Below are positions 48,979 through 55,398 of a stretch of DNA of 55,398 nucleotides, piece by piece (the first letter of the stretch is position 1; every line of letters begins with the position of its first letter). Origin of the DNA: Candidatus Kapaibacterium sp. (GTDB lineage Bacteria > Bacteroidota > Ignavibacteria > Kapaibacteriales > UBA2268). The notes under the pieces were generated by a model. That model had not been told where the DNA came from and did no database searches. It was given only the letters and a program-made list of their open reading frames with translations. The DNA is taken from assembly GCA_937995785.1 (NCBI GenBank), contig CALKJQ010000060.1, positions 1-55,398 on the forward strand, written 5' to 3'. A program made the position numbers and the translations under genes.

Positions 48979-51030
48979 TTGAATAAATCCAACAAAATAA
49001 CAATTGATTTAATCAATAAATTGACAGATATTTACAAGCAATTCGTAAATACAGAATATTTATTTCTTTTCACGCTGGCTACAATTCTCGGAATCATAAC
49101 TGGTTTTGCCGAAGTAGGATTAAAAATGTTGATAAAAGAGTTCTCCTATTTGTTTTTTCCGGGCGATGGTAAAGGTGTTTTGGAGCAAATTTCGAATTCA
49201 CCATGGTATTTGATTTTATTGATACCGACAATAGGATTATTAATTAGCAAATTCATTAATAATTTATTTAAGGATAAAACTCACACTCACGGGATTGCCA
49301 AAATAATAGAAAGTATTCTTGTAAATAGGGGTATAATAAAACCATTTGTTCCGATTGTAAAAGCAATAAATTCTGCGATAACTATTGGAATGGGGGGGTC
49401 GGTGGGACCCGAAGGACCTGCCGCCTATTTAGGAGCAGGATTAGGTTCGGGTATCGGTCAGTTGTTCAAAGTTAATAGTCAACGAATAAGAACATTGGTG
49501 GCTGCAGGTGCGGGAGCCGGTATTGCAGCGGCATTCAATGCTCCAATTGCTGGAGCATTGTTCGCTGTCGAGATTATTTTGATGGAATTTAAATTCCATC
49601 AATTTTCGGTGATAGTTATTGCTGCGGTTATGGCAACCTTTGTGTCGCGTTCATTGATGGGCGATTTTGCCGAATTCCAATCAATAGAATTTACATTGAA
49701 AAATGGATTTGAGTTTATTTTCTTTATTCTTCTTGGATTGGCAAGTGGGTTTGTGTCATGGTTGTTTATTCAATCAATAAACTGGCTTGAGAAATTCTAT
49801 CGGGCAAATAAGTTTGCTTCATCGATTTATGGAACGATGTTATCGGGATTGCTTTTGGGTGCGATTGGATTGTTCATACCATACACACTTGGAACTGGCT
49901 ACGAGACAATAGATTTAGCAATATCCAATAATCTTTTGTGGTATTTAGCATTTGCATTGATTTTCATCAAAATTATAACCACTGGACTAACATTGGCTGG
50001 AGGGGGCACTGGTGGGGTGTTTGCCCCAGCAATTGTGGTTGGTGCAACCCTTGGGATGACAATTGGTGTTGCATTTCATTGGCTATTTCCTTCATCCACC
50101 CCCCCAATAGGAGCTATGTCGATTGTTGGAGTTGCGGGGTTGCTTGCGGGAACAATGCATGCGCCTTTCACAGCAATAATCGTTGTGTTTGAATTAACAA
50201 AAAACCAAGATTTTATATTGCCAACAATGATAACATCCATTATAAGCGTAGCAATTACAAAAAAATTTGTAAAAGAATCAATTTATACAATTCCTATTGT
50301 ATTCAAAAATTCATTAATTAAGTATCGAAACGAAAGTAATTTACTCGATAATTTGTTCGTGAGCGATTATTATAAAACAGATTTCACGATAATATACGAA
50401 AACAGTAATTTAACAAGCGTAATAGAAACATTAATCAGAGATAAGCACCGTTCGATAGTTGTTTATGATTTGCAACAAAGATACTATGGATTAATAACAA
50501 TCGAAGTGATTAAAGAAATTTTATTGGACAAGGATATTTTAAAAGATATAATCATTGCAGGCGATATTGCTTTGCTTAATTTACCAAGGGTTAAAGAAAG
50601 TAATAGTATAAAAAAAGTATGGGAATTAATGAACAAGAATTCAATTGATGTACTTCCCGTTTTTTCGGAGGACAATGCTTTCGTTGGAATAATCGACAGA
50701 AAAACTGTTGACGAAGTCTATGCTGATGAATTATCAAAACTAAACATATCAGTCTCATTGGCATCGAATGTTACAAGTTCGCTTTCGGAAAATCTTGTTA
50801 ACTTGAGCAATGATGTAATTTTATCAGAAATTGATGTTCCAGAGCTATTTATTGGTAAATCAATCAAAGAATTAGATATAAGGAATCAGTTTAATGTCGA
50901 AATTATAATGATTAAGAAGTACAATAACGAACAGATAATGACTAATCCAAATTATATCCTACAAAGAAACGATAAGTTAATAATAACTACTAATAACATC
51001 AAACACATTAATAGATTAAAAGATTTATGA
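48979..51030 (+). CDS. ClC-family chloride channel/antiporter with CBS pair and TrkA-C domain
   Basis: GGSVGPEGP, FNAPIAG, GGVFAP, SIY, two CBS repeats, and IGKSIKELDIR (RCK-C). Confidence 0.93.
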   Translation: MNKSNKITIDLINKLTDIYKQFVNTEYLFLFTLATILGIITGFAEVGLKMLIKEFSYLFFPGDGKGVLEQISNSPWYLILLIPTIGLLISKFINNLFKDKTHTHGIAKIIESILVNRGIIKPFVPIVKAINSAITIGMGGSVGPEGPAAYLGAGLGSGIGQLFKVNSQRIRTLVAAGAGAGIAAAFNAPIAGALFAVEIILMEFKFHQFSVIVIAAVMATFVSRSLMGDFAEFQSIEFTLKNGFEFIFFILLGLASGFVSWLFIQSINWLEKFYRANKFASSIYGTMLSGLLLGAIGLFIPYTLGTGYETIDLAISNNLLWYLAFALIFIKIITTGLTLAGGGTGGVFAPAIVVGATLGMTIGVAFHWLFPSSTPPIGAMSIVGVAGLLAGTMHAPFTAIIVVFELTKNQDFILPTMITSIISVAITKKFVKESIYTIPIVFKNSLIKYRNESNLLDNLFVSDYYKTDFTIIYENSNLTSVIETLIRDKHRSIVVYDLQQRYYGLITIEVIKEILLDKDILKDIIIAGDIALLNLPRVKESNSIKKVWELMNKNSIDVLPVFSEDNAFVGIIDRKTVDEVYADELSKLNISVSLASNVTSSLSENLVNLSNDVILSEIDVPELFIGKSIKELDIRNQFNVEIIMIKKYNNEQIMTNPNYILQRNDKLIITTNNIKHINRLKDL

Positions 51031-51289
51031 AAACGAACTATTTATACTACAAAAGTTACTACAAAAAGATAATTTTAATCACTACAAAAATGAATTAACG
51101 TTTCTTTTGTAAATATATATAATATAACTATTTAGAAGTAATGTTAAATATTCTTAATAATTGTTATTTTGTGAAATCTTAGTATTTTTGAAAAAACTTT
51201 GTAATAAATTCCTATTTTTTTTGTTAATATTATAGTTTAGAAAACGTACAAAATGCAAAAAGTATTAATTTTCAATAAAAAGGTGTAAT

Positions 51290-54200
51290 ATGTTTAAAAA
51301 ATTTACCAGTATCGTTCTTTCGTTACTGTTGGTTGCATTGTTTGCCAATAATGTAGCCCAAGCCGATGTGGACATCGAAAAGGTGCGTGCCACATTACCC
51401 AAGCTACTTGGTGCTAACAATGCCGGAACCGAATTCGTATTCGGATTCCACCCTTGCTGGGAGGAATTTGGCGCAAACAATGCTTTGCGTATCTATGTAT
51501 CCTCTCCTGTGGTTACTCAAGTAAGCCTCACTATTCCTTACTTTAGTCAAGAACCTTACTTAATTAAGACAACAAAACCCAACGACATCATCGAATTTGT
51601 GTTGGCACCCGCAGTTGGTCAGCCATATACTCGTGGTGGTGGCGGGCAAGTTGCAACACTGAAACCAACTCAAGTATGGCCAGGTCGTGGTATTATCCTA
51701 AAAGCCGATGCACCTATCATCGCCTATGGCGTAACACGCTATCAATACACTTCCGATGGTTTTTTGGCAGTTCCAACCCATGCGCTTAGCAAAGCATATA
51801 TTATTTCAGCTTACCGCGAAACTGCCAACTTTCAAAATCAATCCTTAACCCCTTATGCCGACATCATTGGTGTATTCGACAAAACAAGGGTAACATTCAA
51901 CATTGGTGGTAACAACGCAACGACGGTTAGAACAATCGACGATAAAAAGTGGAGACCATACGATGTGTTGAGAGCCGAACTCAATCGAGGTGACTTCTGG
52001 TTGATTGCATCAGAAGGACCACAATCCGATATTGGTGGTAGCTATGTTACCGCAAACAAGCCTATTGCAGTTCTATCTGGTTCGCACTGTGCTTACATAC
52101 CAACATCTGTCTCGGCTTGCGACTTTATTATTGAACAAGAATTGCCCGTAATTGCTTGGGGAAAGAAGTATCACGTTACTAATATCGTAGACAGAAAGAA
52201 AGCATCAGTTATTAGAATGTTTGCCAAAGAGCCAAATACTAGTTTTGTTCGTAACGGTGGTAATGAAATTGGGTATTTAACAATGAACTTCGGTATAGAA
52301 GGCGAAGGTTGGTTAGAAACTCGGCATGATCCTGATACGAATAGACCTGCTGTTATCACCTCCAATAAAGCTATCAACGTCGTTCAATACAACCAAGGTA
52401 TGAGCGATGACCAAGTTCCAAGTGACCCATTCCAATTAATGTTAACCCCCGAAGAACAATTCCAGAATGAAATAATTTTCAATACTCCAGGTATTCGCGG
52501 TGGTTATGGCTTCCGTAAGAATTATATTAACATTGTATATAAATCAGACTCAAGTGGTCAAATTCCCGATGACCTATTACTCGGCGAAGTGTTCCCAACA
52601 GGCGAAACAAAATGGACAAAAGTCCGCGATATTTCGGGAGCACCAGGTGCTATATTTCAAGATCCCGACCAATTCGATAAAAAAGAAAAGTATTACTCGA
52701 AAACCATTCCAATGCCTTATGATGCTGTATATCGATTAAATGTGAAGTCGCAAAAAATCGCTGCTTATGCCTATGGCTTTGCTGATTGGGACTCATATGG
52801 ATTTCCCACATCCATAGCATTAGCCGACTTGGAAAAACCAGACACACTCTGCCCTATACCCGTCTATCAAATCTTTTGTGATGGAGGTACATTCAATCCA
52901 AAGAACGGAAAGAATACAGGTATAGTTATGGATATGCCCGACGACGATACAATTAGAACCAACTTAGCGATTGTAATTTTCCATAGAAATGAAAGTTTCA
53001 ACTATTTGTTCGAATATGATGATTTTATTCCTGGCGAAACCAGAACAATTAAATGGTCGTTGAGAACAATTGATCCAAATCAAGATGCCCGTGCAATTAT
53101 AACTTTTGCAGACCGTGCTGGCAACGACACAACCATCAAAATTGATTACAATGCTATTAAGTTGTCGATTACTCCAAGAACATTCTACTATGGTAATATG
53201 AAAATTGGAGACTCGAAAACTCAAAACTTTGTTGTAAAGAATGACTCTAAAACAAGTGCTGCAGTACTAACAGAATTATCGTTGCAATCATTCAAATATT
53301 CACTTGAATCACAGGGATTTAAGTTAAACATTCCTGATGACTTTTTACTCGAACCATTACCTCCTGGACAAACAAGAGCTTTTAGTGCAACCTTTACGGC
53401 TACAAAAGAAGGTGAATTCCGTGATTCTATAGGTGTTGGTGATACTTGTTTCTATCAATTCAAGACATTGATAAGAGCAAGTGTGGGAACCCCAATCATC
53501 AATGTTACCGATGTTGATTTTGGCAAGAGAACCGTAGGTTTCAAAACAAGTCCAATGATTGCAACTATAACCAATACCGGCACAACATCATTAGCAATCA
53601 CAGGTTATCAAACTAATAAATTATCAGTATATACTCACGATTTGCCCGAAATTACTCCACAAAATCCATTGATTATCGATAAAGGTGGTTCATATCAATT
53701 CAATGTATGGTTCGAACCAAATGCAGTTCAAATTTTTAACGATGAAATTGTGTTTATAAGCGATGCGGGTACTAACATTGATAACGTATGTAAAATTGTA
53801 GGTGAAGGTATCGAACCAATGCTCGAAGCAACCGGTGATAATTGGGGAAGAAGACGCGTCCACTTAGCTCGCTACGACGAACCAACAAGTATATATAAAT
53901 TCACTCCATATCCGTCGCCTAATGGTGCTATACAATTGCGTAATGATGGTTCGAAAGATGTATCTATAAGCAAGATTAATATTATCGAAAATACTAATGG
54001 TGATGCATTCGAAATTATGGTTAATGGCAAATTAGAACCAATTACTAAATACATCAACAGCTTAGGTCAAATTAAAGACAAAGATGGCAAGTCAATTACA
54101 GTTATCGATAAGCAAGGAAGTCGCCATATTCCGGTTTACTTCCATCCAAAAACCGAAGGCGAACACAAGCTAGTATTAGAATACGAAAGTGATGCTCCCG

Positions 54201-55398
54201 TTAAACCAACATCAGTTTTAGAAGGTATTGGTATTTATCCAAAAATCTCGACTATAGATCTCGACTTCGGAACTAAAGTTATTGGAGATGCACCCGCAAA
54301 ACAAACATTGAGATATATCAACGAAATTTGGGATTATTCCGACCAAGTGGAAATAGCACAATTAGTAAACGTACCCAACGGAACAATAAGTGCTAAAATT
54401 GGAACTTACGGAACAGAAGGATTTAACTACAATGGTGATGCAATTCGTTTGGATATGGCCGGAATTGCCACATTCCCAGTGAAGTTGAACCCAGGTCAAT
54501 TCATTGAATTAGATTGCGAATTTGCTCCTTCGAAAACTGGCAACGCCCAAGCCGTATTAACCACTTTGAGTGATGCGGCCGCCGAAGCTCCTTCAAATTG
54601 GAAAGGTTTTGGCATAGCAGAAGGTCTGGAAATGGTTGAAGGTATAGAGCCTTATATTTGCTACAATACTACTGATGAAATCAAGGTATTGCTTCGAAAC
54701 ACAGGTTCAAGCGCGGTAAACGTCCTTGCAAACGAAGTTAAAATAATAAACGATCCTAACAATGTATTTGTTATCGACCGAGTAACTCGTGCTGATTTAT
54801 CACAAATTGACTACTCCAAAGACTTTGCACTTGCCTCGGGTGAGACAGTGAATATCTTCGTGAAATACATTCCTAAAACATGGAAACAAGTCAATATCCA
54901 AGAATTACATGAAGCAAAAGTACAAGTGAAAACAGATGCTGTTACACCATCATTAAAAACTTTAACTGAAGATGTTAAAGGTCGTGCTATTCACTTTACT
55001 CGTACAAGTGAGTCTAAGATAAATGGTCAAGTTCAAGTGATTGTTGACCCAGGTCAGGATCCAAAAGCTAAACCAATTACTTATTCCGTTTATATCAATC
55101 AAGGTACATTACTCGATGTAGCAAATCCAACTGAATTTACAGTAACAATGAAATACGAAAAGAACTTCTTGGCAATCCGCGAAGAAAACTCAAAACTTTT
55201 GATTAATGTTGGTGCTGATATGCCAGCTGGTTGGACTGTAAAAAATACAAAATTATCAATAGATAAAGCAACTAACGTCGAAACAGTAGTTATTGTTCTT
55301 ACTGGTATGACACCACTCAAAAAGGTAGAAAGAACTGAATTAGTTAAAGTGGAATTCATATCTTGGTTGCCTTGGTACACAAATGATCAAGGTCAAAT
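51290..55398 (+). CDS. Large secreted IgGFc-binding-domain protein with ASH/choice-of-anchor-D Ig repeats, truncated by the window end (not in ORF track)
   Basis: Hand translation gives MFKKFTSIVLSLLLVALFANNVAQA, GTEF, TSDGFLAVP, KPIAVLSGSHCA, CDFIIEQELP...WGKKY, then DFG-type Ig repeats. The frame was checked at 53162, 55082 and the window end and is the same. AAGGTG RBS. Confidence 0.9.
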   Translation, partial: MFKKFTSIVLSLLLVALFANNVAQADVDIEKVRATLPKLLGANNAGTEFVFGFHPCWEEFGANNALRIYVSSPVVTQVSLTIPYFSQEPYLIKTTKPNDIIEFVLAPAVGQPYTRGGGGQVATLKPTQVWPGRGIILKADAPIIAYGVTRYQYTSDGFLAVPTHALSKAYIISAYRETANFQNQSLTPYADIIGVFDKTRVTFNIGGNNATTVRTIDDKKWRPYDVLRAELNRGDFWLIASEGPQSDIGGSYVTANKPIAVLSGSHCAYIPTSVSACDFIIEQELPVIAWGKKYHVTNIVDRKKASVIRMFAKEPNTSFVRNGGNEIGYLTMNFGIEGEGWLETRHDPDTNRPAVITSNKAINVVQYNQGMSDDQVPSDPFQLMLTPEEQFQNEIIFNTPGIRGGYGFRKNYINIVYKSDSSGQIPDDLLLGEVFPTGETKWTKVRDISGAPGAIFQDPDQFDKKEKYYSKTIPMPYDAVYRLNVKSQKIAAYAYGFADWDSYGFPTSIALADLEKPDTLCPIPVYQIFCDGGTFNPKNGKNTGIVMDMPDDDTIRTNLAIVIFHRNESFNYLFEYDDFIPGETRTIKWSLRTIDPNQDARAIITFADRAGNDTTIKIDYNAIKLSITPRTFYYGNMKIGDSKTQNFVVKNDSKTSAAVLTELSLQSFKYSLESQGFKLNIPDDFLLEPLPPGQTRAFSATFTATKEGEFRDSIGVGDTCFYQFKTLIRASVGTPIINVTDVDFGKRTVGFKTSPMIATITNTGTTSLAITGYQTNKLSVYTHDLPEITPQNPLIIDKGGSYQFNVWFEPNAVQIFNDEIVFISDAGTNIDNVCKIVGEGIEPMLEATGDNWGRRRVHLARYDEPTSIYKFTPYPSPNGAIQLRNDGSKDVSISKINIIENTNGDAFEIMVNGKLEPITKYINSLGQIKDKDGKSITVIDKQGSRHIPVYFHPKTEGEHKLVLEYESDAPVKPTSVLEGIGIYPKISTIDLDFGTKVIGDAPAKQTLRYINEIWDYSDQVEIAQLVNVPNGTISAKIGTYGTEGFNYNGDAIRLDMAGIATFPVKLNPGQFIELDCEFAPSKTGNAQAVLTTLSDAAAEAPSNWKGFGIAEGLEMVEGIEPYICYNTTDEIKVLLRNTGSSAVNVLANEVKIINDPNNVFVIDRVTRADLSQIDYSKDFALASGETVNIFVKYIPKTWKQVNIQELHEAKVQVKTDAVTPSLKTLTEDVKGRAIHFTRTSESKINGQVQVIVDPGQDPKAKPITYSVYINQGTLLDVANPTEFTVTMKYEKNFLAIREENSKLLINVGADMPAGWTVKNTKLSIDKATNVETVVIVLTGMTPLKKVERTELVKVEFISWLPWYTNDQGQ

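Overview
AT-rich bacterial chromosomal window with dense coding and no rRNA, tRNA, CRISPR array, integrase or transposase that I can recognise. The T9SS-type C-terminal domains, FadL/GDSL pair, IgGFc-binding giant protein and TAnnTTTG promoter boxes point to the FCB group, most likely Ca. Kapabacteria or an Ignavibacteria relative (inference, no search run). Housekeeping content: queF-queD-nadA-nadC, lpdA, purH, an acyl-CoA carboxyltransferase with biotin carrier, lspA-rluD, a ComM/YifB ATPase, ruvB, gmhB and a ClC protein. The main points of interest are six. (1) Three giant secreted modular proteins: one carries two cohesin-like modules and a dockerin, one is built of three repeat families, and one (51290 to window end) is missing from the ORF track. 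(2) A mevalonate operon coupled to ruvB, in which class II HMG-CoA reductase is fused to mevalonate kinase. (3) An orphan phage-like module of an XRE regulator divergent from a Mor-like activator, with two face-to-face promoter boxes and no phage genes. (4) An unlisted 32-aa membrane peptide after the NSS transporter. (5) REP-like hairpins at the window start. (6) A CT-dinucleotide and codon gradient inside the first giant gene. All family assignments come from motif recognition by eye.
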